Shown: positions 1 through 7,817 of the stretch, piece after piece
Position numbering within the stretch: position 1 is the stretch's first letter
Layout of the letters: every line of letters starts with the position of its first letter
From: a virus
Reading direction: 5' to 3' (one strand)
Virus record (IMG/VR): IMGVR_UViG_3300014059_000003
Length of the DNA: 36,008 bases
Notes under the pieces: generated by a model
Told to the model about the DNA's origin: nothing
The model's database searches: none
Seen by the model: only the letters and a program-made list of their open reading frames with translations
Position numbers and translations under genes: made by a program

Positions 1-43
1 ATGAGGTCTTAGCTAACATGGAAAATGTGGAGCAGGTTAGACA

Positions 44-660
<617 letters not shown>

Positions 661-664
<4 letters not shown>

Positions 665-957
665 TCCAGAAAGAACTTAAATTTTATCCAGCTAATCCCG
701 GCTATAAAAAGCGCGGTACCTCAGAACGTGCAGCTAGAGAAGTTAAAAGCCGTGCTGTTACTTTAAGAGAGCAGTGCTTAAATGTTTTACGTAGTCATTC
801 GCTAACTGCTGATGAGATTGCGTTTGCGCTAGGTGAAGATAAATTAAGTATCAGGCCGCGTATAACAGAACTGTTACGCCAGGATAAAATAAAGGATACA
901 GGGGTCACGCGAATGAACAATAGTGGGAAATTTGCAACGGTATGGTGCATCAAATGA
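661..957 (+). CDS. Winged-helix DNA-binding protein
   Basis: 98 aa with an ATGA overlap to the upstream gene. LTADEIAFALGEDKLSIRPRITELLRQDKIKDTG...SGKFATVW matches the common phage winged-HTH pattern (TADE.A..LG....S.RPR..EL...G.I...G.R.N.SG..A.VW). Confidence 0.7.
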
Positions 958-1196
958 AGACATTAATAACTGTTCTATTATTTGCATCTATTGCGAAAGC
1001 AGAAGATCAGATAATTTGTGAAATGAATACACAGAAAAATTATATAACGTTTGGTGAGCAAATAGGGAATCTGTGCGAACGTTATGTGAATCTCATCAAC
1101 TACATTAAAGAGCTTACTATACAAGATATAGAGCAGGAGACAGAAATCAGACGGTTAAAAATAAGGATAAAAAGATTAAAAAAAGTTGTTAAGTAG
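954..1196 (+). CDS. Exported or N-anchored coiled-coil protein
   Basis: The ATG at 954 forms an ATGA overlap with the upstream stop (the track start at 942 is in frame). MKTLITVLLFASIAKA-EDQ looks like a signal peptide or anchor. The C-terminus IQDIEQETEIRRLKIRIKRLKK is heptad-like. Confidence 0.6.
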   Translation: MKTLITVLLFASIAKAEDQIICEMNTQKNYITFGEQIGNLCERYVNLINYIKELTIQDIEQETEIRRLKIRIKRLKKVVK

Positions 1197-1223
1197 TTTT
1201 ACGAAAATGTCGTAAAGGTTTTA

Positions 1224-1246
1224 GCTGGAATGGTCCAGCGGTTTTA
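1224..1246 (+). terminator. Candidate weak intrinsic terminator (second of two tandem hairpins)
   Basis: GCTGGA-ATGG-TCCAGC followed by GGTTTTAATAA. It is preceded by the hairpin TTTACGA-N5-TCGTAAA (1198..1216), also followed by GGTTTTA. It lies in the 62-nt gap between ORFs. Confidence 0.35.
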
Positions 1247-1258
1247 ATAAGGTGAAAT

Positions 1259-1444
1259 ATGAAGCGAATAATATTGATAATTATGGCTATGGCAACATCA
1301 GCATGTTCAGGGTTAGAAATAGGGGGCAAGTTAGGCGTTTATGCTGTTGATGAGAAACAAGATAGCAGCAGGACGTATAAACGCCAAAGCCTTAAATGCT
1401 TGTTTGTGTCTTGCCCTGTAGAAGCGGAGGCGCAAGGTTCATAA
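1259..1444 (+). CDS. Small putative lipoprotein
   Basis: 61 aa. MKRIILIIMAMATSAC has a basic n-region, a hydrophobic core and a lipobox-like TSAC. SD AAGGTG lies upstream. The mature part has three more Cys. Confidence 0.6.
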   Translation: MKRIILIIMAMATSACSGLEIGGKLGVYAVDEKQDSSRTYKRQSLKCLFVSCPVEAEAQGS

Positions 1445-1626
1445 TGTTTGATTCAATTAAAAATAACTTATTCACGCTATCAGGCTTAATAACTTCGGTA
1501 ATACACGTGTTGTTAGTTGTCGGGTTTTTAGCTTGTTGGATTTTTATAAATATTCAGTTTTTTGATACTGACGTGAGCCTAAGCTTACCAGGAAAATCAG
1601 CAATGAAAGAGAGGTTAGGCAAATGA
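1444..1626 (+). CDS. Small membrane protein
   Basis: The ATG at 1444 is in a TAATG overlap with the upstream stop (the track ORF starts at 1396, in frame). There is a central hydrophobic span, LSGLITSVIHVLLVVGFLACWIFINI. Confidence 0.6.
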   Translation: MFDSIKNNLFTLSGLITSVIHVLLVVGFLACWIFINIQFFDTDVSLSLPGKSAMKERLGK

Positions 1627-1823
1627 TAGATAGAACATCGTCAGTAATTAGAACAATTGTACTGGACGCGCTAATGGGAGAGCCTGATGCGTTAAACGGG
1701 CTTATTCACTGGCTGATACATGACAAGGGATACAGCAGAAAGAGGTTACTACGGTTTGCCTGTACGACCTTAAAGATGCCTTATCACTTTGTAGGGAATA
1801 CGTTAACGGAAGTTTTAGGATGA
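1623..1823 (+). CDS. Hypothetical protein
   Basis: 66-aa ORF with ATGA start-stop coupling on the same strand as its neighbours. Confidence 0.55.
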   Translation: MIDRTSSVIRTIVLDALMGEPDALNGLIHWLIHDKGYSRKRLLRFACTTLKMPYHFVGNTLTEVLG

Positions 1824-2041
1824 TGCTTCAAATCGATCCACCGTTATCAGTACTGACACCACTAGGGGAAGGGTGGGCGCTGTTTCTAATAGATTACGGT
1901 GTCCATCTTAACTCTGTGTGGGTAGTGTCACTATGGGAGAGTGGACAGGTTTTTCATGTTGATAGTGCTGAAATAAAAATAGCGGGTAATCCTATGTATG
2001 ATATTAAAGAGCCTGAAGAATATACGGAAAGAAAAGTATGA
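1820..2041 (+). CDS. Hypothetical protein
   Basis: 73-aa ORF with ATGA coupling at both ends. Confidence 0.55.
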   Translation: MMLQIDPPLSVLTPLGEGWALFLIDYGVHLNSVWVVSLWESGQVFHVDSAEIKIAGNPMYDIKEPEEYTERKV

Positions 2042-2241
2042 AAAAGAAACCCAAGAAAAACCCGGTGTGTTATTTGGAGCGATTCACGTGGCTGAACGAG
2101 GCTGAATACGTCAGGATGATCGGCAGTGATGATTTTCAAATGATTTGTCTGAAAGAAGAGTTTAAGCGTCTCACCGGCTACCTTCCACCTAAGAACGGCA
2201 AGCGCGTCAAGGTCCGCTTTAGCGTGGAGGTGGTGAAATGA
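2038..2241 (+). CDS. Hypothetical basic protein
   Basis: 67-aa ORF with ATGA coupling. Confidence 0.55.
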   Translation: MKKKPKKNPVCYLERFTWLNEAEYVRMIGSDDFQMICLKEEFKRLTGYLPPKNGKRVKVRFSVEVVK

Positions 2242-2354
2242 CCCCGATAGATGCTGCGAAATGGGTTGATGAATTTTTAAATGAACTCTCAGTTGGGGTT
2301 TTTCTTTTAGTTTATGTACTTTGTTGTATTCGAATTAATATTGGAGGCAAATGA
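2238..2354 (+). CDS. Small membrane peptide (38 aa), below the ORF-track cutoff
   Basis: My own translation is MTPIDAAKWVDEFLNELSVGVFLLVYVLCCIRINIGGK. It exactly fills the 2241..2351 gap, with ATGA overlaps at both ends and one hydrophobic span. Confidence 0.45.
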   Translation: MTPIDAAKWVDEFLNELSVGVFLLVYVLCCIRINIGGK

Positions 2355-2581
2355 CCCCGCCGGAAGAGTTGAAGCCGTGCTGTGAGAGTTGTAAGTTTTC
2401 CCATAAAGATTGGGGGCACCAAGGTTATACCCTATTTTGTCGGAGACATGCCCCACAGTCTTACATTTATCAGTACGAAGATAACGGACGCTTGTATACA
2501 AGACCGAAAACTTATTGGCCCGAAGTTAGTCTAAACGATTATTGCGGCGAGCACGAAGCAAAGGGGGTGCAGGGTGAGTAG
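2351..2581 (+). CDS. Cys-rich small protein (CCxxC...WP...CGEHEAK type); paralogue of 33743..33955
   Basis: 76 aa with the elements CCESCKF, FCRRH.P, YWPEV and DYCGEHEAK. These elements occur in the same order in ORF 33743..33955. Confidence 0.65.
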   Translation: MTPPEELKPCCESCKFSHKDWGHQGYTLFCRRHAPQSYIYQYEDNGRLYTRPKTYWPEVSLNDYCGEHEAKGVQGE

Positions 2582-2786
2582 TTTTAGTGACTGGGTTAGG
2601 GCGCAGATGTGCAAACTATCAGGTCACGTAATTCCGCTTTATCGCACCGAACGATCTGAAGGAAAGGATTTCCCCTTGGTTCATTGCGTTAAGTACTGCC
2701 CTAATTGCCTAGCCGAAATTCACAGGACCACCGGGCCGGATTGGGACCATCCGATCATGAACAAGCGTAAGGACCAAACCAAATGA
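2574..2786 (+). CDS. Small Cys-containing protein
   Basis: 70 aa with a GTG start preceded by AAGGGGG. It contains HCVKYCPNC. Confidence 0.5.
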   Translation: MSSFSDWVRAQMCKLSGHVIPLYRTERSEGKDFPLVHCVKYCPNCLAEIHRTTGPDWDHPIMNKRKDQTK

Positions 2787-2992
2787 CGCAGGGGGAAGCT
2801 TCTCAAGCATCGGCGAAAGATATCCGCGAATCAAAGCGCCGTTGTTGGTGTCCGAGTTGTAAGCGTACTGCATGGCTCAAAGATTGGTGCGGTTGGAATT
2901 GGTGTTTTCGACATGCATATAGAAACGCAAGATGGGGAGGCGGTCGTTTTTGGCATGACGTTCGCGCTTTAAGATTTAGATGGCCGTATTAG
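2783..2992 (+). CDS. Trp/Arg/Cys-rich small protein
   Basis: 69 aa with ATGA coupling. It contains CWCPSCKRTAW...WCGWNWCFRH. Confidence 0.5.
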   Translation: MTQGEASQASAKDIRESKRRCWCPSCKRTAWLKDWCGWNWCFRHAYRNARWGGGRFWHDVRALRFRWPY

Positions 2993-3005
2993 AAAAGGAC
3001 CAAGC

Positions 3006-3188
3006 ATGAGCGAGCAGGAAGTTACGAGTTGCGAGGTGTGCAAAGAAGCTGGCGTTGACCGTTCATTTATTAATCAGCGATGGCCTAAAGAATGTGAGTG
3101 CTGCAAAAAGAGGCTGTGTGATGAATGTAGTAAGTCAGTGCCGGAAGGTTACAACTGCCAAGATTGTTATGATGCGATTCACGGGTAA
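3006..3188 (+). CDS. Cys-rich zinc-finger-like protein
   Basis: 60 aa with 10 Cys in CxxC-type pairs (CEVC, CECC, CDEC, CQDC). Confidence 0.55.
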   Translation: MSEQEVTSCEVCKEAGVDRSFINQRWPKECECCKKRLCDECSKSVPEGYNCQDCYDAIHG

Positions 3189-3191
3189 AAT

Positions 3192-3299
3192 ATGAGTGAG
3201 TTTCTTAAGACATTATTAGAATTTACCCTCTCTCATCAGTGTAGCGATAACTGGAAAAGAGCTGTTATTCATTTTGTTTACCAAGAACTAAGTAACTAA
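3192..3299 (+). CDS. Possible 35-aa ORF
   Basis: My own translation is MSEFLKTLLEFTLSHQCSDNWKRAVIHFVYQELSN. It fills most of the 3189..3309 gap. No strong SD is present. Confidence 0.3.
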   Translation: MSEFLKTLLEFTLSHQCSDNWKRAVIHFVYQELSN

Positions 3300-3309
3300 C
3301 CGGGGCGGG

Positions 3310-3582
3310 ATGGATAACAAAATGACCGGGGAATCGGGGGCGGGAACGCACCGTGAAAATCTTGAGGAACTAAAGCGAGTGATTAAGCTTGGTCTGGAAA
3401 ATCATAAATCTGACCGTCACTTTAATGACCACTCGTTCATTGACGGTTTCCAATGGTTCGCTGAATGTTTTGCTGTCTGGCGAGACGGCGATAGACATTT
3501 TGGCAATCGAGGCATGACGACGAGGCAACTCACTCAAGCGGTGATGGAGCTTTACGATGAAGCAGGATTTGATTTTACATAA
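3310..3582 (+). CDS. Hypothetical protein
   Basis: 90-aa ORF on the operon strand. Confidence 0.55.
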   Translation: MDNKMTGESGAGTHRENLEELKRVIKLGLENHKSDRHFNDHSFIDGFQWFAECFAVWRDGDRHFGNRGMTTRQLTQAVMELYDEAGFDFT

Positions 3583-3609
3583 CTAGAATTAGAAAACTAG
3601 AGAAGTAGC

Positions 3610-3729
3610 ATGGTAGCAGTAATGTTTATTTTAATGTTTGGTGTGTTTTGGGGACACATGGCGTTACTTGGATTTGGTGCAGTCTTAATCGGCTTACTGT
3701 GGTTAGTTGAGAATAATTCTAGGGGATAA
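3610..3729 (+). CDS. Small hydrophobic membrane peptide (39 aa)
   Basis: My own translation is MVAVMFILMFGVFWGHMALLGFGAVLIGLLWLVENNSRG. It fits the + strand operon better than the antisense track ORF 3597..3797. Confidence 0.45.
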   Translation: MVAVMFILMFGVFWGHMALLGFGAVLIGLLWLVENNSRG

Positions 3730-3731
3730 AA

Positions 3732-3947
3732 ATGAAACCAGAAAATGGCGATGGATGGTGTATAAAACGGCAAAAACTCTTGCTTGATAGTTTTCACCCA
3801 TATTCAGAATCAGGAGCATGGGAACGGCTGCTTAAAGCAACTGTGACCTATGCTGAAGGGAGACGTCCTTCAAAGAAAGAATTGGAAAACGCTGGGTATG
3901 AGCTAGTAGCAGTTAAGGTTATGGAAGTAGCACCCCCGGAGAAATGA
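3732..3947 (+). CDS. Hypothetical protein
   Basis: 71-aa ORF with SD AGGGGA upstream. Confidence 0.55.
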   Translation: MKPENGDGWCIKRQKLLLDSFHPYSESGAWERLLKATVTYAEGRRPSKKELENAGYELVAVKVMEVAPPEK

Positions 3948-3949
3948 TT

Positions 3950-4096
3950 ATGGCGACCGAGAGCGACAAATGTACGGATGGAATAGCCAGCGAGGGAGTT
4001 CACGGCCCTATGACCTGCCATTTCGGGCGAGTGCTATTAACTCTCGCGGAGCATACGCGCTTAAGGTCGCCGCTTTTTAGGAGCGTTTATGAGTGA
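3950..4096 (+). CDS. Possible 48-aa protein
   Basis: My own translation is MATESDKCTDGIASEGVHGPMTCHFGRVLLTLAEHTRLRSPLFRSVYE. GGAGA lies 7 nt upstream of the ATG. The ORF fills the 3948..4088 gap and overlaps the next start by 8 nt. The region is also strongly self-complementary. Confidence 0.45.
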   Translation: MATESDKCTDGIASEGVHGPMTCHFGRVLLTLAEHTRLRSPLFRSVYE

Positions 4097-4331
4097 TATT
4101 AATATACACGGAACATGTGGCGTTTGCGGAGGCCCGGTAATCACCTATCGTTTTTGGGGCAGTAGCTTGCCTCAAATTCCTAAATGCCAAAATTGCCATA
4201 GAGAAGTTGCGGGAGGGTACGGACCTAAGCTTCCCATGAAAGAACCGGTAACGATAACGACAAACACGGTCAACGTCATTGGTTTAACTGTCGGTAACCC
4301 ACCCACCGACCCAAAACCGGGGGATGTATGA
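4089..4331 (+). CDS. Zinc-ribbon protein
   Basis: 80 aa with SD AGGAG 5 nt upstream. It contains CGVCGG...CQNCH. Confidence 0.6.
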   Translation: MSDINIHGTCGVCGGPVITYRFWGSSLPQIPKCQNCHREVAGGYGPKLPMKEPVTITTNTVNVIGLTVGNPPTDPKPGDV

Positions 4332-4468
4332 GCGTTGACGACATAAGAACCGTCGCCGAGTGCTGCATCATGATGCTTGTTTGCAAGCATCTCTTGATTA
4401 TGGATGTCTGGTTGTTTCGAGACTGGTGTGACTTTTGTTTCGAAGAGAGTAAAAAGTATGAGCGATAA
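4328..4468 (+). CDS. Possible 46-aa Cys-rich hydrophobic peptide
   Basis: My own translation is MSVDDIRTVAECCIMMLVCKHLLIMDVWLFRDWCDFCFEESKKYER. It has an ATGA overlap with the upstream stop. Confidence 0.35.
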   Translation: MSVDDIRTVAECCIMMLVCKHLLIMDVWLFRDWCDFCFEESKKYER

Positions 4469-4757
4469 AACTAGACGCGAAAAATACGAACAAGCTGCTG
4501 TTGAGTGCTTAGATGCGCTAACAGAGCTTACGAAAAATTGGCCGCCGATGAAAACAGCGGCAGGAAAACACAGCATTGACGTATGGGGTCACGTTCGCCC
4601 GGCGTGTTGTGATGACTTCAAAGCCGGTGCCGAGTGGCTGGCGAAGTGGTTAATCGCCGCTCGACAACAGCACATATCGGAAGGCGGTTCGTTCTTTAGC
4701 GAGTTCGATGTTGAGGATTTGATAGAGCAAGCCACGGGTATCAAGGAGAAAGCATGA
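4458..4757 (+). CDS. Hypothetical protein
   Basis: The ATG at 4458 (MSDKTRREKY...) lies within track ORF 4404..4757. I prefer this start because of the upstream small ORF and the purine-rich GAAGAGAG. Confidence 0.55.
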   Translation: MSDKTRREKYEQAAVECLDALTELTKNWPPMKTAAGKHSIDVWGHVRPACCDDFKAGAEWLAKWLIAARQQHISEGGSFFSEFDVEDLIEQATGIKEKA

Positions 4758-5191
4758 GCACAATCGACCTAAACGAGCTTTTACCCGCGCTGAAGGATCT
4801 GCATACAGCTTACGAAAACGCAAAGAGAATAGGAGATCGTTCACTTGCAGCACACAAACTTAACGCTGCTTTGAGAGAGTATTTTTGGGTAATCGGCTAC
4901 ACCCAAGAGCCGGAGAAGGATACGTCTACGCAATCGACAGATGTGGAAAACGTGTCGAAAAAAGCGGAAGAAATCGACAAGTGCTCACGATGCGGGATGG
5001 AAAGCTCAATGCTTGGGAATATGATATGCGCGAAATGCGATCCTAGTTTTGGATTAAAAGGCGGGGGCTTGGTTGCTAGTGCGTTAAAACGGCAAGGCTT
5101 ACCACCAAGCGAACCGTCAGATGTGGAGCTTCGCGCGATAAGCGGGAGGCGTTTTGAAGATGACATCAACAAAGGCGGTGGCGATGAGTAG
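4754..5191 (+). CDS. Hypothetical protein with central zinc ribbon
   Basis: 145 aa with ATGA coupling. It contains CSRCG...CAKCD. Confidence 0.6.
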   Translation: MSTIDLNELLPALKDLHTAYENAKRIGDRSLAAHKLNAALREYFWVIGYTQEPEKDTSTQSTDVENVSKKAEEIDKCSRCGMESSMLGNMICAKCDPSFGLKGGGLVASALKRQGLPPSEPSDVELRAISGRRFEDDINKGGGDE

Positions 5192-5471
5192 CGAAGACGA
5201 AATCACAATCGACCATGTTATAGACGCAATCTACGAAGGGCCGCGTAATATTACCAAGCTGCTTTATCCAGCTATCAGAAACGCCATCACCCAAGCGCGG
5301 CGGGAGGTAGTAGAAAAGGTTATGCGGCTAATAGATGAATTTCACGCACAGCAAGCTGGGGGAATGGATTACAATCAAGGTTTAATCGACGGCCAACAAG
5401 CATTGGCGGTTTATATCATGAACGGACTAACAGACTATGACCTAAAAGCAAAGGAGCGGGATGGAAAGTAA
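5184..5471 (+). CDS. Hypothetical protein
   Basis: The ATG at 5184 (MSSEDEITIDH...) lies in track ORF 5154..5471 and overlaps the upstream gene by 8 nt. Confidence 0.55.
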   Translation: MSSEDEITIDHVIDAIYEGPRNITKLLYPAIRNAITQARREVVEKVMRLIDEFHAQQAGGMDYNQGLIDGQQALAVYIMNGLTDYDLKAKERDGK

Positions 5472-5643
5472 AGACTTATCAGGAATAGGAGACTTAGAGT
5501 TATCTGTAATTCAAGAAATGTATCGAAACAAATATTTTGAGATAGGGCCGGATGCCCAGTTAATGGAATGGATAGAGCAAGTTCATAACGAGATAGAGAA
5601 ACGCGAGAAGTCAAAGCAGGCAGCACATGAAAAGCAAGATTGA
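5461..5643 (+). CDS. Hypothetical acidic protein
   Basis: 60-aa ORF with overlapping start and stop on the operon strand. Confidence 0.5.
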   Translation: MESKDLSGIGDLELSVIQEMYRNKYFEIGPDAQLMEWIEQVHNEIEKREKSKQAAHEKQD

Positions 5644-5821
5644 CCATTGGGCAGAGGAAATCGGGGACGCTTATTTTGACGATGCAATTTCTGCATGTAA
5701 GCGAATGGCCGACAAGTTCCTCGCCGAAGCGGAGAAGCTGGGAGGAACAATTAGTGAGCGATGCGACGATTATTGGGTAAAACTTGATGACCTAAAAGCA
5801 CTTTTCGAAGGGGGGAAATGA
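5627..5821 (+). CDS. Hypothetical protein
   Basis: 64-aa ORF on the operon strand. Confidence 0.5.
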   Translation: MKSKIDHWAEEIGDAYFDDAISACKRMADKFLAEAEKLGGTISERCDDYWVKLDDLKALFEGGK

Positions 5822-6204
5822 GGGAAAAATGCCCGGTATGTGGGAGCGATAAAAACTTAGTGAAAACAGTTACAGGAAAAGCTTGCGGGTGTGGTTATGC
5901 TGAGTGGTCAGGTCTACATTTGTTTAATAAGGAGAAAGGGGAAATGAGCATATACATAGAATCAATGACAAAGTTTAGCTTGCCAGGTCTAAAAATTAGA
6001 ATCTGGAGGGAAGAAAAAGAAACGCCAGAAGATCCGGGAACATTCGATAAACCTTACGATCTACAGGAAGCAATGGATCGTTTAGATGTGCATAAATCTT
6101 TCTATGAGATGGCAAAGGAATTACTAGAGCTTGAAAGAGTCAACGCTGTTGAAATACTAGATCCCGCAGGTGATGGAATCGTTATTTATAAGGATTGGCC
6201 GTAA
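5818..6204 (+). CDS. Zinc-ribbon protein with C-terminal domain
   Basis: 128 aa with ATGA coupling. The N-terminus has CPVCGSD...CGCG. There is an internal in-frame AAGGAG-N8-ATG at 5930..5946. Confidence 0.6.
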   Translation: MREKCPVCGSDKNLVKTVTGKACGCGYAEWSGLHLFNKEKGEMSIYIESMTKFSLPGLKIRIWREEKETPEDPGTFDKPYDLQEAMDRLDVHKSFYEMAKELLELERVNAVEILDPAGDGIVIYKDWP

Positions 6205-6479
6205 TGAAAATTAATATTAGAGCTTACGAAACGTTTAATCAGCTAGCTACTCATCTAGTCATTGAAGTTAATGAATTTATGAATGATTTAGATATCATTA
6301 GGTCTAATATAGGCCCTAAAGAACTTCTGCATAAAAGTTTTAATGAGCTAATAGAGAAGCTAAGAGAATACCCGCTAGAAAGCGTTATTATGGGACAGCA
6401 TCCTGCTAATGCTAGAAAGCTCACCGAAGACGAAAAAGCCAAGGCTGATCTAATATACGGGAGCGATCCTAACGGGTAA
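6204..6479 (+). CDS. Hypothetical protein (last gene of the rightward block)
   Basis: The ATG at 6204 is in a TAATG overlap. The track start at 6195 is a TTG. Confidence 0.55.
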   Translation: MKINIRAYETFNQLATHLVIEVNEFMNDLDIIRSNIGPKELLHKSFNELIEKLREYPLESVIMGQHPANARKLTEDEKAKADLIYGSDPNG

Positions 6480-6516
6480 AACTAGAGGGCCAAGGCTAAA
6501 GCCCACCAAGGCCCTC
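6478..6516 (-). terminator. Intrinsic terminator at the convergence of the late and rightward-early blocks
   Basis: GAGGGCC (6485..6491) pairs with GGCCCTC (6510..6516). On the minus strand the stem is followed by TAGTTTT. The 21-nt flank aaaactagagggccaaggcta is identical to 31822..31842. Confidence 0.6.
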
Positions 6517-6525
6517 GCGAAAAAC

Positions 6526-6732
6526 CTACTTCTTGATTTTATCTACTACGTAAGCAGCTCCTGCTCGTGCTGTCCCTACTCCTGCTATTATACCACCAAT
6601 AGTAGCAGCAGCAGTGCCCCATATTTGCGCTTGTGGAAGAGGCAAAGCCATCGCAATACTACCTACTAAGCCTATTAGGCCTCCTGTAGTACGTAAAATT
6701 CCTTTGAATCTGTTTAATAATGAATCAAACAT
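6526..6732 (-). CDS. Glycine-zipper small membrane protein (holin-like candidate)
   Basis: 68 aa containing GGLIGLVGSIAMAL and ATIGGIIAGVGTARAGAA. It is the last gene of the late block. Confidence 0.55.
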   Translation of the reverse strand: MFDSLLNRFKGILRTTGGLIGLVGSIAMALPLPQAQIWGTAAATIGGIIAGVGTARAGAAYVVDKIKK

Positions 6733-6743
6733 ATAATCTCCCT

Positions 6744-7817
6744 CTATTCTCTAAATCCTAGATTAACAGTTGCAAGCGTTTTACCGTTTGCCTTCATATG
6801 TACTAGTGGATTCCCTGATAAGTTACGCGCTTTCAAAGCATACTCATATCCATACATATCAGAAAAATAATAACGGCTTCTGCCGTCTGCAAAGTCTTGC
6901 CTTGTGGCGCTTGTTGCCAATACCGCACCATTTAAAAGCACCGCTTTTATATTCTGTACTTTTGTGGGCGTTATGAAAACGGGTTTTAGCTCTCTAGGTC
7001 CAGGGGGTACAGTGTGCTGATCGCTCTTTGGCTTAAGCGTGTTATTGTTGCCTTTAGTTGTATGCCCTTTATCGGTAGTTAGAAAGCCCTCTGCTTTGAT
7101 TAATCTAGCTGTTGGATATGCTTTTCTTAAAGGCCTTGGTGTTGTGTCGTTTCTGTTAAATCGGCCATTGTTTTGACTCGTCCAGATAGCAAATATTTCA
7201 GCGTTTTTAAAACGAGTTTTTAGCTTTTCGATGTCAACATCGAACGCATCCGAGCCATCAAGCGAGAAAATATACTTCCCGCCCACGTTAGGAGGTTGTG
7301 CGGTTTCTCCGTGTACTTCGTTCCAGATTCGCTCAGTAGGGAGGACGAAAGCCCCGCGTCCTGTCCAGGGATTATTGGAATAAACGCATCGTTCGGGGAT
7401 AACTGCGAGTACTCTGTTAGCCAGGTCGGTTGCGTCCTGTCGGTTAAGTTGATGCTCCGTTGCGCCGCTAAAAACGCATCCCACGCTTGGATATTTTTCC
7501 GCGAGTTTTGCATATTTTTTAGCTTCATTAACAATGAATGGAAAGTCTGATTTTCTGAAATCGTGATTGTCTTTCCATAACAAATTATACTCTTGAATTG
7601 AAACTTTGCCTGTCGCAAGTAACTTATCTAGCGCATTGTAAGCATCGCCAAACGTATTAGTAAAAGTAACATTTCCGAATCCCGCAGGGTGCGCGTCGCG
7701 CATTACGTCTGCGTATTTCGCCCCGCCTAGGTTGGCAATGGCATAAATCGGATCTGCATGAGAAATAGGCGGGTAACAACCAATAAAGAATATTAGAGTA
7801 AGCCATAGTTTTTTCAT
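6744..7817 (-). CDS. Exported or lipoprotein enzyme-like protein (possible glycoside hydrolase or endolysin candidate)
   Basis: 357 aa. MKKLWLTLIFFIGC has a lipobox-like FIGC, or cleavage could follow SHA. The body alternates beta and alpha segments and includes WNEVHGE. It lies between two membrane-protein genes at the end of the late operon. I recognised no lysozyme or amidase motif. Confidence 0.4.
   Translation of the reverse strand: MKKLWLTLIFFIGCYPPISHADPIYAIANLGGAKYADVMRDAHPAGFGNVTFTNTFGDAYNALDKLLATGKVSIQEYNLLWKDNHDFRKSDFPFIVNEAKKYAKLAEKYPSVGCVFSGATEHQLNRQDATDLANRVLAVIPERCVYSNNPWTGRGAFVLPTERIWNEVHGETAQPPNVGGKYIFSLDGSDAFDVDIEKLKTRFKNAEIFAIWTSQNNGRFNRNDTTPRPLRKAYPTARLIKAEGFLTTDKGHTTKGNNNTLKPKSDQHTVPPGPRELKPVFITPTKVQNIKAVLLNGAVLATSATRQDFADGRSRYYFSDMYGYEYALKARNLSGNPLVHMKANGKTLATVNLGFRE

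Noticed and set aside
3597-3797. 66-aa minus-strand ORF in the rightward early block.
   Set aside because: It is antisense to the operon and overlaps the start of ORF 3732..3947. The + strand 39-aa hydrophobic ORF (3610..3729) fits the gap and the operon polarity better.
3948-4088. Apparent structured ncRNA. GGCGACC (3952..3958) pairs with GGTCGCC (4065..4071), CGAGAG (3958..3963) pairs with CTCTCG (4041..4046), and a T5 run lies at the 3' end.
   Set aside because: The gap is exactly filled by a 48-aa ORF (3950..4096) with GGAGA 7 nt upstream and an 8-nt overlap with the next gene, like all its neighbours. The T-run is part of the next gene's SD context. An RNA role cannot be excluded but is less parsimonious.
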